The notes beneath the pieces are model-generated. The model had not been told where the DNA came from, did no database searches, and saw only the letters and a list, made by a program, of their open reading frames with translations. This document shows positions 47,636-56,296 of a stretch of DNA of 64,000 bases, in pieces. Position 1 is the first letter of the stretch. Every line of letters begins with the position of its first letter. The DNA is taken from the IMG/VR virus record IMGVR_UViG_3300022916_000006, positions 32,001 to 96,000 of that record; one strand, written 5' to 3'. The position numbers were made by a program, and so were the translations under genes. This DNA is from a virus.

Positions 47636-47860
47636 ATGAAATATGTTGCATTAAGATTGAAAGATTATATTAGTGATCCTTCTAGATATTCATATATATG
47701 TACCAATGGTATGTGGCAATATGATTATGATCCAAAGTTCTGCTTATTTGAATCAAAAGAACAAGCAATGAAAATAATAGACTTTCACTGGCCTCATGTC
47801 TATAAATCAAAATGTATAAAGTTATTAACTGAGAGTGAATTAATAGCTTACTTATTATAA
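47636..47860 (+). CDS. MKYY..ELVAYLL-family small protein, unit 55
   Basis: MKYVAL / LTESELIAYLL. Confidence 0.85.
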   Translation: MKYVALRLKDYISDPSRYSYICTNGMWQYDYDPKFCLFESKEQAMKIIDFHWPHVYKSKCIKLLTESELIAYLL

Positions 47861-47867
47861 AACATAT

Positions 47868-48098
47868 ATGAAAAAAAAACATTACATTTTTATAAAGCTT
47901 AGAGGAGAAGATCAATATGTTACAACTGAATCAATGTATTTTGATGCAGGTGCATATACATCAGATATAAGATATGCTAGAATATATGAATCAAAAAAAA
48001 TTGCAGAATTGGATATGGTTGGTTTTGGTGAAATTCCAAGAAAACATGAAAGAATTTTAATAATGTCTGAATCAGAATATATGGCTAGATTATTGTGA
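47868..48098 (+). CDS. MKYY..ELVAYLL-family small protein, unit 56
   Basis: MKKKHYIF / MSESEYMARLL. Confidence 0.85.
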   Translation: MKKKHYIFIKLRGEDQYVTTESMYFDAGAYTSDIRYARIYESKKIAELDMVGFGEIPRKHERILIMSESEYMARLL

Positions 48099-48331
48099 AA
48101 CAATATTTAATAGCAACATATATAATTGATGATACCTCATATTTATATACTCCAACACGCCCAAGTGGTATGGGTACATGGACAGCTATATCAGAATTAA
48201 CTATGGATATATTCAACGATATAAATACAAGTCAATCAGAGATGGATGATAAAGTGAAGTCATTAAGACACGTTCCAACTTATACTTTTAAGATCATATC
48301 AGAAATAGAATTAATGGTGATGGTATTATGA
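48095..48331 (+). CDS. MKYY..ELVAYLL-family small protein, unit 57
   Basis: MKQYLI / ISEIELMVMVL. Confidence 0.85.
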   Translation: MKQYLIATYIIDDTSYLYTPTRPSGMGTWTAISELTMDIFNDINTSQSEMDDKVKSLRHVPTYTFKIISEIELMVMVL

Positions 48332-48543
48332 AATATATGAAATACTATATAATATATATGTGGGCAAGTGAACCGTCAAACTGGCGTATATGGACTCATC
48401 TTGGTACTGATAAACCTCAATCGTTTAAAACTAGAAATAAAGCAATGAAGTATATTAATCATAGTATACCATTGAGTAGACATTATAAAAAGGGATATAT
48501 AAAAATAGTAAATGAAAATGAAGTGGTAGCTTATATATTGTGA
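48328..48543 (+). CDS. MKYY..ELVAYLL-family small protein, unit 58
   Basis: MKYMKYYII / VNENEVVAYIL. Confidence 0.85.
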   Translation: MKYMKYYIIYMWASEPSNWRIWTHLGTDKPQSFKTRNKAMKYINHSIPLSRHYKKGYIKIVNENEVVAYIL

Positions 48544-48788
48544 AACATATGAAATACTACATAATACGATTGAGTAAAGATAACTTTTTTAATGAATATG
48601 GATTTATACAACAACATTACGATGAGTTGAGAGTGCTACATTATAGAACAGTGAGAATATCAAAAGCGACAATATTTAAATCAAGAACAGACGCTCAAAA
48701 TATAATTGATGCTAAACCACATTATGATGCATTTTGGACAAATACTAAAGTGTTAAATGAAAATGAAGTAGTTGCATATCTATTGTGA
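48540..48788 (+). CDS. MKYY..ELVAYLL-family small protein, unit 59
   Basis: MKHMKYYII / LNENEVVAYLL. Confidence 0.85.
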   Translation: MKHMKYYIIRLSKDNFFNEYGFIQQHYDELRVLHYRTVRISKATIFKSRTDAQNIIDAKPHYDAFWTNTKVLNENEVVAYLL

Positions 48789-49042
48789 AACATATGAAAT
48801 ACTACCTACTAGGAATTGATAAAGAACATATAGATAGTGTATATGTATATACTACCAATAGTACACAACATAAGCGTGTAGATTATGCTAATTGGACACA
48901 TATAAGATATATCAATGAAGTGGATACAGAGATACCATTACAGACGCTTAAAGATGTGATTGATAATATAGATAAATTGAATACAACTGTATACAAATTT
49001 AAAATAGTAAGTGAGCCAGAACTAGTGGTAATGATGATATGA
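48785..49042 (+). CDS. MKYY..ELVAYLL-family small protein, unit 60
   Basis: MKHMKYYLL / VSEPELVVMMI. Confidence 0.85.
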   Translation: MKHMKYYLLGIDKEHIDSVYVYTTNSTQHKRVDYANWTHIRYINEVDTEIPLQTLKDVIDNIDKLNTTVYKFKIVSEPELVVMMI

Positions 49043-49263
49043 CCTCTAAAAGATATTATGTATATGATCCAATTGATGATTCTATGCCATTTGCCAGTAA
49101 GGATGGTCCGTGGAAAGTGTGTATAGAGGAGGTGATACCATTCGACTCAAAAGAAGAAACTCAAATGGAATGTGATCGATATAACACATGTTCAAGAAAT
49201 TATCCACAATCAATAAAAGTTCTAGTATTAACTGAAAATAAAATGGTAGCATATTTGTTATGA
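49039..49263 (+). CDS. MKYY..ELVAYLL-family small protein, unit 61
   Basis: MTSKRYYVY / LTENKMVAYLL. Confidence 0.85.
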   Translation: MTSKRYYVYDPIDDSMPFASKDGPWKVCIEEVIPFDSKEETQMECDRYNTCSRNYPQSIKVLVLTENKMVAYLL

Positions 49264-49478
49264 AATATGTAGCATTAATAAAAAGCGGTGCTGGAAACAA
49301 ACAGTCATATAGTTATATAAGCAATCACGCTAATGCTTACTTTTCATTCACTGACGATTGTAAATTCGATTCATATGCAGAAGCAATGGATATAGTTAAG
49401 TTAAAATGGCCCCATTCATATGCAGAAGGTTGGATAACAATAATACCAGAATCTGATTTAGTGGCATATATATTATGA
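49260..49478 (+). CDS. MKYY..ELVAYLL-family small protein, unit 62
   Basis: MKYVAL / IPESDLVAYIL. Confidence 0.85.
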   Translation: MKYVALIKSGAGNKQSYSYISNHANAYFSFTDDCKFDSYAEAMDIVKLKWPHSYAEGWITIIPESDLVAYIL

Positions 49479-49717
49479 GTGGTTACTATATATTTGATCC
49501 CAATGATAAACTCAGACCATATCGTGGTTCAAACATATGGGTTGGTGGCATGGGTTATGAAGAAGATAAAAAAAATGAACCAAGAGTTACCACGTTTAAA
49601 GATGTTATACCATTTGAATCATATGCAGATGCAGAACGTATTGTAATTGAAACGTGTAGTATAAATACTAATGTACGTATTGTAAACGAAAAAGAATTAA
49701 TAGCTTTGATGTTATGA
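49475..49717 (+). CDS. MKYY..ELVAYLL-family small protein, unit 63
   Basis: MSGYYIF / VNEKELIALML. Confidence 0.85.
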   Translation: MSGYYIFDPNDKLRPYRGSNIWVGGMGYEEDKKNEPRVTTFKDVIPFESYADAERIVIETCSINTNVRIVNEKELIALML

Positions 49718-49947
49718 AATATTATTTAATATCAACTCAAAATTATGATGCTGATAATATACAGGTGTTGGTTACAAGTTCAACATTGAATGTAAATTAT
49801 TGGTGTAGATTGGATCGTATGATGAAGGCTGATTTAGATAATACTGATATACCAATACGTAGATTGGATTATTTAAAAATAATGTATAGCTCAGGATTTA
49901 CAAGAAAGATTATATCAGAAGCTGAATTGATGATAATGATATTATGA
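49714..49947 (+). CDS. MKYY..ELVAYLL-family small protein, unit 64
   Basis: MKYYLI / ISEAELMIMIL. Confidence 0.85.
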   Translation: MKYYLISTQNYDADNIQVLVTSSTLNVNYWCRLDRMMKADLDNTDIPIRRLDYLKIMYSSGFTRKIISEAELMIMIL

Positions 49948-50168
49948 AATATATTGCATTGCTAAAGGATTATGATTCTCCCGTTGACAAGTCACCTAGA
50001 TATATTTCTAAACATGATGCCGCCGCCTATCCTAATCTAACTGATGATTGTAAGTTTGATTCTGATCGTGAAGCAAGAAGTTATGTAGAAACTTATTGGC
50101 CCGCTAATTATAAAATAGGGTTTATTGTTATCGTAAAAGAATCAGAATTGGTGGCATATTTATTATGA
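49944..50168 (+). CDS. MKYY..ELVAYLL-family small protein, unit 65
   Basis: MKYIAL / VKESELVAYLL. Confidence 0.85.
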   Translation: MKYIALLKDYDSPVDKSPRYISKHDAAAYPNLTDDCKFDSDREARSYVETYWPANYKIGFIVIVKESELVAYLL

Positions 50169-50413
50169 AGTTTTATATTGTAAATATTGAACATAATGAA
50201 ATATTAAGTAATGAGATGCACAATCCAGCAGATGCGTCTCCACGTTATTTTTGGTATGGGCTTGATGATATTGATGATATTATACCATTTGATTCATATG
50301 AGGATGCTCAAGTTGCGGTAAAAAATGAAAAAAAAGCTTGGAAACCATTTAGGTATGACACTACTCTATTTAAGATTATAGATGAAAATGAATTAATTGC
50401 GAGGATATTATGA
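50165..50413 (+). CDS. MKYY..ELVAYLL-family small protein, unit 66
   Basis: MKFYIV / IDENELIARIL. Confidence 0.85.
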   Translation: MKFYIVNIEHNEILSNEMHNPADASPRYFWYGLDDIDDIIPFDSYEDAQVAVKNEKKAWKPFRYDTTLFKIIDENELIARIL

Positions 50414-50820
50414 AAAAAACAAAAGAAATAAACAAAGCCCTTAGGAAACTTAATAATTTATTGGATTATGTCAAACTTGAAAAACAAGAATCTCTTTCAG
50501 ATGATATCATAAAATCTATTGATGTACTTTATGATAAGTATAATAAAGAAAAAACTCTTGATATGAAATATTACATATATGATCCAAAAGCAAAAAGTGG
50601 AAATGCATTTTGTGGTAAATATGGTGTATGGGCAAATGTTAATGAATTATGGAGACGCAAGACTTCAGATTACAAAACCATCATTCCATTCCCATGCAAG
50701 CGATTGGCATACGATGCCCTAGCTAGATATAGGAGTGCTTGTTATTGGGATGGTGGTCATACTTGGGCAAGAGATGCAAAAGTGGTATCAGGAGATGAGT
50801 TATTGATGATAGTGTTATGA
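50410..50820 (+). CDS. MKYY..ELVAYLL-family protein, unit 67, with 51-aa N-terminal extension
   Basis: Internal MKYYIYDP at 50563 / VSGDELLMIVL. Confidence 0.8.
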   Translation: MKKTKEINKALRKLNNLLDYVKLEKQESLSDDIIKSIDVLYDKYNKEKTLDMKYYIYDPKAKSGNAFCGKYGVWANVNELWRRKTSDYKTIIPFPCKRLAYDALARYRSACYWDGGHTWARDAKVVSGDELLMIVL

Positions 50821-51032
50821 AGTGGTATATTGTATATAAATCGATATTTCGTGAAGATGGTAATGAGATGATACCGTGGAGAAATGGTTTACACGATGAC
50901 CACCCTCACCCATTTGCAACAAAAGCTAAAGCTATAGAATATATTAATACTATGATATTATTAAAATCACAACTTAAATCTGGACATGCAAAAATAATAA
51001 CAGAAAATGAGTTGGTGGCTTATTTATTATGA
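50817..51032 (+). CDS. MKYY..ELVAYLL-family small protein, unit 68
   Basis: MKWYIV / ITENELVAYLL. Confidence 0.85.
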   Translation: MKWYIVYKSIFREDGNEMIPWRNGLHDDHPHPFATKAKAIEYINTMILLKSQLKSGHAKIITENELVAYLL

Positions 51033-51337
51033 ACGATCAATCACCATATATCATTGTTGTGTATTGTCGAGAATTTAATACACACACACCACAACCAATT
51101 GGTATTTATGTTGGATCAAGTGCATCACCAGCAAGGCGATTTAAACGAATTGATTCATGTCCAGATGATTTTCCAGATAGCTTATTTGCAGATGCAACCA
51201 CAAATATTCATTTGTTTAAATTGAAGAGAACTGCAAAAATGGTATTGACTAAATTAATCAACAATGGTAAGTTACACATTGAAGATTATAGTTTTAAAGT
51301 ACAACCAGAATCTGAATTGGTTGCTATGATGTTATGA
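51029..51337 (+). CDS. MKYY..ELVAYLL-family small protein, unit 69
   Basis: MNDQSPYIIV / QPESELVAMML; paralog of unit 10. Confidence 0.8.
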   Translation: MNDQSPYIIVVYCREFNTHTPQPIGIYVGSSASPARRFKRIDSCPDDFPDSLFADATTNIHLFKLKRTAKMVLTKLINNGKLHIEDYSFKVQPESELVAMML

Positions 51338-51525
51338 AATATTATATATACGATCCACATGATAAAAACTATCCATATCGAGGACACTTTAGATGGGTTC
51401 ATATAAACAATGTACATACTGTAAGACCATATAGTTCATATGAAATTGCCCACGCAGATTTATCTGCTTGTAGTGAAGACTGTATGGTTGTTAATGAAAA
51501 TGAGTTGGTAGCACTACTGATATGA
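51334..51525 (+). CDS. MKYY..ELVAYLL-family small protein, unit 70
   Basis: MKYYIY / VNENELVALLI. Confidence 0.85.
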   Translation: MKYYIYDPHDKNYPYRGHFRWVHINNVHTVRPYSSYEIAHADLSACSEDCMVVNENELVALLI

Positions 51526-51749
51526 AATGGTATATATACGATCCAAATGATAAAGACCTACCATATATGGGAAGGAATACAAAATGGTTGGGTGAATTCG
51601 ATGGAACTCTTACTACACACGAAGACATCATACCATTCAAAACAAAAAAAGATGCATTACATTATTTACACGATACTAGTGGTTTATATCTAGATGATGA
51701 TTATTTTATTGTTGTGAATGAATTAAAATTGATTGCATTGATGTTATGA
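51522..51749 (+). CDS. MKYY..ELVAYLL-family small protein, unit 71
   Basis: MKWYIY / VNELKLIALML. Confidence 0.85.
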   Translation: MKWYIYDPNDKDLPYMGRNTKWLGEFDGTLTTHEDIIPFKTKKDALHYLHDTSGLYLDDDYFIVVNELKLIALML

Positions 51750-52021
51750 AATATTATTTATATGCATATGAATTGACAGGTGATAATGCACCATACTATA
51801 TTGGTATGTATGGAGTGTGGGCACTTCCTAGAGTTAAAAGTTGGGCTAGTAAAGAAATATATATGCCAAAAGTGACACCATTTAATTCGAGAGAAAAAGC
51901 ACAACGTGCATTGTATCGTTATATAAGACTTTATAATGAAAATAAACCATTTACTTCATATCGTTGGGCAACTAAAAGTAGGGTGATAACTGAAACTGAA
52001 CTTGTTGCGTTAATGTTATGA
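51746..52021 (+). CDS. MKYY..ELVAYLL-family small protein, unit 72
   Basis: MKYYLY / ITETELVALML. Confidence 0.85.
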   Translation: MKYYLYAYELTGDNAPYYIGMYGVWALPRVKSWASKEIYMPKVTPFNSREKAQRALYRYIRLYNENKPFTSYRWATKSRVITETELVALML

Positions 52022-52245
52022 AAAAATATGTTATATATAATACGTCCGATAAACACTATCTAAGACATTTTAATGTAGATATTGATGATGTGTGTGAGTG
52101 GACACCCAATTATGATGAAGCATTGAATATTGATGATCGGGCTATGGGTCAGGGTATGGTAAAAGAGTTGCTATGCCCATGTAAATGTGATGAAATGAGA
52201 ATTTTATTAATGTCAGATCAAGATTTAGTTGCACACTTATTATAG
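52018..52245 (+). CDS. MKYY..ELVAYLL-family small protein, unit 73
   Basis: MKKYVIY / MSDQDLVAHLL. Confidence 0.85.
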   Translation: MKKYVIYNTSDKHYLRHFNVDIDDVCEWTPNYDEALNIDDRAMGQGMVKELLCPCKCDEMRILLMSDQDLVAHLL

Positions 52246-52253
52246 AAAACAGT

Positions 52254-52282
52254 TTGATTGTGTCATGTTTTATTCTTAACTT
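52254..52282 (+). promoter_or_regulatory. early-type promoter
   Basis: TTGATT-N17-TAACTT then TAATTAGTTATG. Confidence 0.65.
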
Positions 52283-52327
52283 TAATTAGTTATGAAAGAC
52301 CAAAACAACAACATTAGGAAATCACAC

Positions 52328-53074
52328 ATGTCAAACACATCAACACCAACAATGGGATTCACCAATAAATATTTCACACTGTGGATGGTAAGTGAGCCAT
52401 ATGAACAGTATATCGATAAACACTTATATGTTATGAGAATTGATTATACATATAGACAGAATCTTAGTTTTAATGAAAAGTCTGCAACTGCAAAGATGGT
52501 TGATAGATTTGGTGATGATTATAACGTAGACTTGGAATTACGATCTACACAATCATTCTACAGAGACAGTTCAATTAAGAATAACTATCCAGAAGATGTG
52601 TTTTCATTTGGTATGTTCTCTGGAGTAAAGTTCAGCGAATGTGATGATGTATGGCAGTTGAATCGAGCCAGATCAAGTGAAGAATCTGATGTCAGAAAAC
52701 AACATGCATTGAATCGATTAATTGAATTGAATGAAGTTGTGAAATGTGGTAATGAATATCTAACACAAAAAGAATATGAAAAAGTTATAATTAAAGATAA
52801 GATTAAATCACTAAATAGTGGACACTTATATGTTGATGGTAAACGAATTGAATTGTTAGTGAAAGAAATTGAGTCATTCTCATTTGAGGGTGCTTATGGA
52901 TCATGTAACGTTATCACATATGAAACTGATGATGGTAATCTTGTTAAATATGTTGGTGGTGGTTATCCAGATACACTTGGTACTGAGTTTACTAAAATTA
53001 AAGCGACCATCAAACATAGTGATTACAATGGTACATCAGAAACTAAACTACAACGAATTTTTAATGTTAAATAA
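52328..53074 (+). CDS. hypothetical protein, possible C-terminal OB-like domain
   Basis: AGGAAATCACACATG start; C-term KIKATIKHSDYNGTSETKLQR. Confidence 0.65.
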   Translation: MSNTSTPTMGFTNKYFTLWMVSEPYEQYIDKHLYVMRIDYTYRQNLSFNEKSATAKMVDRFGDDYNVDLELRSTQSFYRDSSIKNNYPEDVFSFGMFSGVKFSECDDVWQLNRARSSEESDVRKQHALNRLIELNEVVKCGNEYLTQKEYEKVIIKDKIKSLNSGHLYVDGKRIELLVKEIESFSFEGAYGSCNVITYETDDGNLVKYVGGGYPDTLGTEFTKIKATIKHSDYNGTSETKLQRIFNVK

Positions 53075-53086
53075 AAGGAATCACAT

Positions 53087-53425
53087 ATGAAGTCCATGAA
53101 TGCAAAAGAGTTTTTTGAAAACAATTATTATTCACTTGCTGAATATGATGAAGGTGGATTTATTGGTATCGATGAAGTAAAAGTTGTCGATCTATTGAAT
53201 GATTATGCTAATCAACTACCAAAAGAAACACTACGAGATAAATTAGCAATGTCTGCAATGCATACTAATGTGACCGTTTGGAATTCTCAGTTAAGGGATG
53301 ATCAACGAAAATTTTGGGAAGATGCACTAACGAATGAATTTGGTAATATTCCAATTGAGGAAGCTTTAGCCAAAGATAGTTATAAGATGGCAGATATAAT
53401 GTTAAAAGCTCGTACTAACAATTAA
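53087..53425 (+). CDS. hypothetical protein
   Basis: TLRDKLAMSAM...SYKMADIMLKAR phage-type motif. Confidence 0.65.
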   Translation: MKSMNAKEFFENNYYSLAEYDEGGFIGIDEVKVVDLLNDYANQLPKETLRDKLAMSAMHTNVTVWNSQLRDDQRKFWEDALTNEFGNIPIEEALAKDSYKMADIMLKARTNN

Positions 53426-53454
53426 AATTACCTTAATAACAACACAAGGAGATA

Positions 53455-53512
53455 GTGAGTAGGCAAGAAATACCTACATTGAATTTAGTGGTCATTGTAG
53501 GTGCTTACTCAC
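53455..53512 (+). other. bulged RNA hairpin overlapping a 25-codon GTG ORF
   Basis: GTGAGTAGGC/GCTTACTCAC and ACCTACA/TGTAGGT stems; AAGGAG immediately upstream. Confidence 0.55.
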
Positions 53513-53521
53513 GTTATTATT

Positions 53522-53794
53522 ATGACACGTAAAAATTATTATATATATTATCAATGGAATGCACCAGGAGCATATCCACAACATCGATATTGTGGAATGC
53601 ATGGTAAATGGTTAGTTGGTTGTTATTCTGATAATCTAATTGAACCGTTTTCAAAAAAGAAACATGCACAAAAAGCACTTAATCGATATAAAAGAAATGT
53701 AATAAATGGTGGTCCACAGGCTGAATATAAATATGGTTGGTCAGCAAACGCCAGAGTAATATCAGAAGCAGAAATAATTGCAATACTCTTATGA
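53522..53794 (+). CDS. MKYY..ELVAYLL-family small protein, unit 74
   Basis: MTRKNYYIY / ISEAEIIAILL. Confidence 0.85.
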   Translation: MTRKNYYIYYQWNAPGAYPQHRYCGMHGKWLVGCYSDNLIEPFSKKKHAQKALNRYKRNVINGGPQAEYKYGWSANARVISEAEIIAILL

Positions 53795-54045
53795 AACACT
53801 ATTTAGTAGCAATACCAAAAAATTATAACAACAACGTATTATGTGTTTTTATTCAATCCGATGGTTGTAAAAAAATTAAACTACCACAAGGTTGGGTGGT
53901 TGCACGAGATGTAACTACTATAATGTTGGATAATACAAATATGACAGACGGTGAGTTACATCAGGTGAGTAAACAATATTCATCCGTACCAGTACATGAA
54001 ATAAAGATTGTAACTGAAGCAGAGTTGATGGCATTGTTGTTATGA
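53791..54045 (+). CDS. MKYY..ELVAYLL-family small protein, unit 75
   Basis: MKHYLV / VTEAELMALLL. Confidence 0.85.
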   Translation: MKHYLVAIPKNYNNNVLCVFIQSDGCKKIKLPQGWVVARDVTTIMLDNTNMTDGELHQVSKQYSSVPVHEIKIVTEAELMALLL

Positions 54046-54182
54046 AGTGGATTATAAGATCAAAAGAACGTGTTAATAATAGAGTACTTTATTATGGTCA
54101 TATTGGATCACACAGTCGTTGGATTAGTATCGCAATTGGCCTCTATAGAGACCCATCATTGAAAATTGCAACACTATTATGA
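54042..54182 (+). CDS. MKYY..ELVAYLL-family, unit 76 (46 aa, internally deleted; not in ORF track)
   Basis: MKWIIRSKERVNNRVLYYGHIGSHSRWISIAIGLYRDPSLKIATLL, ATGA-coupled at both ends. Confidence 0.65.
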   Translation: MKWIIRSKERVNNRVLYYGHIGSHSRWISIAIGLYRDPSLKIATLL

Positions 54183-54448
54183 AATTTTATATATACGATA
54201 AACAAGATAAAGATTTTGCTGGTATATATGATGAAAATATATTATCTAAATATATATCTCATGATTCAGAAATGGTATCTTGGTGTCATATAAAACATGT
54301 TGATAAATTAACACCATTCAATTCATATAAAGATGCAAATGAGTTTGTGAAGTGGTATTCGGACATATATCTAGGAAATGATGATGATGCGGCTCGGCAC
54401 CAATTTAAAATTATAACAGAAACAGAATTGTTGGTGATGGTATTATGA
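54179..54448 (+). CDS. MKYY..ELVAYLL-family small protein, unit 77
   Basis: MKFYIY / ITETELLVMVL. Confidence 0.85.
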   Translation: MKFYIYDKQDKDFAGIYDENILSKYISHDSEMVSWCHIKHVDKLTPFNSYKDANEFVKWYSDIYLGNDDDAARHQFKIITETELLVMVL

Positions 54449-54672
54449 AAGAAAAATATTATATAATATATGCATTTGATGAATGTTGGGAAAGATTGCC
54501 AATGTATGATTGGAAGAACGAGAATGAGAATAATTACAAATGTAATGAAGATGATTCATTCACAACTCACGCTGAAGCGTTTCATGTTGTGCAATCAAAA
54601 TGGAAATCATTATTTAGAAGTAAGAGAATAAAAATTGTAACTGAATCAGAATATATTGCAACGATATTGTGA
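54445..54672 (+). CDS. MKYY..ELVAYLL-family small protein, unit 78
   Basis: MKEKYYII / VTESEYIATIL. Confidence 0.85.
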   Translation: MKEKYYIIYAFDECWERLPMYDWKNENENNYKCNEDDSFTTHAEAFHVVQSKWKSLFRSKRIKIVTESEYIATIL

Positions 54673-54679
54673 TGAACAT

Positions 54680-54892
54680 ATGAAATACTATATATATTAT
54701 AAAGCTGATAGTTTTGGTGATCAATGGATTTTAGATAAACATAGGTGGTCATTGATTGAGACGATTGGTAGAAGAGGATTAACACCATTTGATACTCATA
54801 ATGAAGCAGAGATACGACTTCGTGAAGCAGTAGAGTTATATGGTGAATCATACGTTATAACTGAATCAGAATTAGTGGTGATGCTGTTATGA
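54680..54892 (+). CDS. MKYY..ELVAYLL-family small protein, unit 79
   Basis: MKYYIY / ITESELVVMLL. Confidence 0.85.
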   Translation: MKYYIYYKADSFGDQWILDKHRWSLIETIGRRGLTPFDTHNEAEIRLREAVELYGESYVITESELVVMLL

Positions 54893-55113
54893 CACGTTAT
54901 TATTTATATGACCCAGTAGATAAACACATAACTGGTAAAGATGGTGGTTGGCGAAGTGATTATAATTTAGTAAAACCATATAACACTAAACTAGGGGCTG
55001 ATCTACATGTAGAGAGATTGCATATTGTTTTTCCAAACGTTGAATGGATAAATCGTGTTGAAATTATAACAGAAGAACAATTAATGGCAATTAAAGTCAT
55101 AGAGGAACTATGA
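54889..55113 (+). CDS. MKYY..ELVAYLL-family small protein, unit 80 (long-tail type)
   Basis: MTRYYLY / TEEQLMAIKVIEEL. Confidence 0.8.
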   Translation: MTRYYLYDPVDKHITGKDGGWRSDYNLVKPYNTKLGADLHVERLHIVFPNVEWINRVEIITEEQLMAIKVIEEL

Positions 55114-55352
55114 ATCCTTATTATATAATAATTGATGAGGAGTATGAACAATACGCATTTGTATCTGGATATGACGTTAGACCAGGGCAGAGCTATTTAA
55201 CTTATACTGACATTATAGAAGATGCGTATGAATTCGTATCGAAGCACTCAGCTGAAGAAGTATTACGTAAATTGCGTAAAGAATATGCTTATTATAATAT
55301 GGTAGATCATACCATTGTATCGGAAGCTGAGTTAGTAGCACTGGCATTATAA
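55110..55352 (+). CDS. MKYY..ELVAYLL-family small protein, unit 81
   Basis: MNPYYII / VSEAELVALAL. Confidence 0.85.
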   Translation: MNPYYIIIDEEYEQYAFVSGYDVRPGQSYLTYTDIIEDAYEFVSKHSAEEVLRKLRKEYAYYNMVDHTIVSEAELVALAL

Positions 55353-55368
55353 ATACTAAATATAATGG

Positions 55369-55398
55369 TTGCATCGTATTATATTTAATATCTAATTT
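55369..55398 (+). promoter_or_regulatory. early-type promoter
   Basis: TTGCAT-N18-TAATTT then CAATAGTTATGAGACACAC. Confidence 0.75.
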
Positions 55399-55442
55399 TC
55401 AATAGTTATGAGACACACAAATCACACAATTGGAGAAAACTT

Positions 55443-55634
55443 ATGATAATGAATACAATGATGGCAGTTAAACTGCATAAAACAATCAACTCAATGCATG
55501 TACCAAGAGTACGAAAAAATGTTGATTCACCTTCCACTCTCATATGGTTGAGAGACAATTTAAAACTTAAAAACAAATCACACCCAAAATTAAACGAAGC
55601 ACTAAACATCGTTAAATTATTATTATCAGCATAA
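55443..55634 (+). CDS. hypothetical protein
   Basis: GGAG SD upstream; 63 aa. Confidence 0.55.
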   Translation: MIMNTMMAVKLHKTINSMHVPRVRKNVDSPSTLIWLRDNLKLKNKSHPKLNEALNIVKLLLSA

Positions 55635-55651
55635 ATAAAGAATAAACACAC

Positions 55652-55882
55652 ATGGAAAATAATGAAAACAATGAAAATAATTATTATATCTACATTGAAG
55701 AATGGAATGATATACTGGATGCCGATGGACAGTTTTTTAATCTAGATAGGGATAAAGACACCTTAGATGAAATCGTACCATTTACATCATATAGTAGCGT
55801 TTGTGCAGTACGCAAAGAAGCATACGCTGTGCAGGAATCCACAATACTTACTGAGGCCGAATTTGTTGCATTAGTGTTATGA
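55652..55882 (+). CDS. MKYY..ELVAYLL-family small protein, unit 82
   Basis: MENNENNENNYYIY / LTEAEFVALVL. Confidence 0.85.
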   Translation: MENNENNENNYYIYIEEWNDILDADGQFFNLDRDKDTLDEIVPFTSYSSVCAVRKEAYAVQESTILTEAEFVALVL

Positions 55883-56061
55883 AAAACAAAATACAAATAA
55901 AAGATATGTGTTTCAATTGTAATAAAATCATTGATGTATGTATTTGTGATCAACCAATTACTGACATACAAGAATATTATAATCATATTCAAAGTAAAAC
56001 AAAAGTTGATACAGAAGAATATAGACTATATTTAAAATTGAAAAATAAATTCAGTGAGTAA
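55879..56061 (+). CDS. small Cys-rich hypothetical protein
   Basis: CFNC...CIC; ATGA-coupled. Confidence 0.55.
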   Translation: MKNKIQIKDMCFNCNKIIDVCICDQPITDIQEYYNHIQSKTKVDTEEYRLYLKLKNKFSE

Positions 56062-56296
56062 TAATCTAAATTATTATATCGAATATTTGGATATAAATAC
56101 GCTTAGTTATACACAACCAATGTATATACGTAGTACTGCTGTAATGTCTGATCGTATAACCGATGCTCGTATGTTTGATACTGAATTACAAGCTATTGCA
56201 TATCGACTTGTATTATATCGAAATGATATGGTTGAAAGATGTAGATGTACAATTAAATCAATATCAGATGTTGAATTGGTTGCATTGCATTTATGA
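56054..56296 (+). CDS. MKYY..ELVAYLL-family small protein, unit 83
   Basis: MSNNLNYYIE / ISDVELVALHL. Confidence 0.8.
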   Translation: MSNNLNYYIEYLDINTLSYTQPMYIRSTAVMSDRITDARMFDTELQAIAYRLVLYRNDMVERCRCTIKSISDVELVALHL

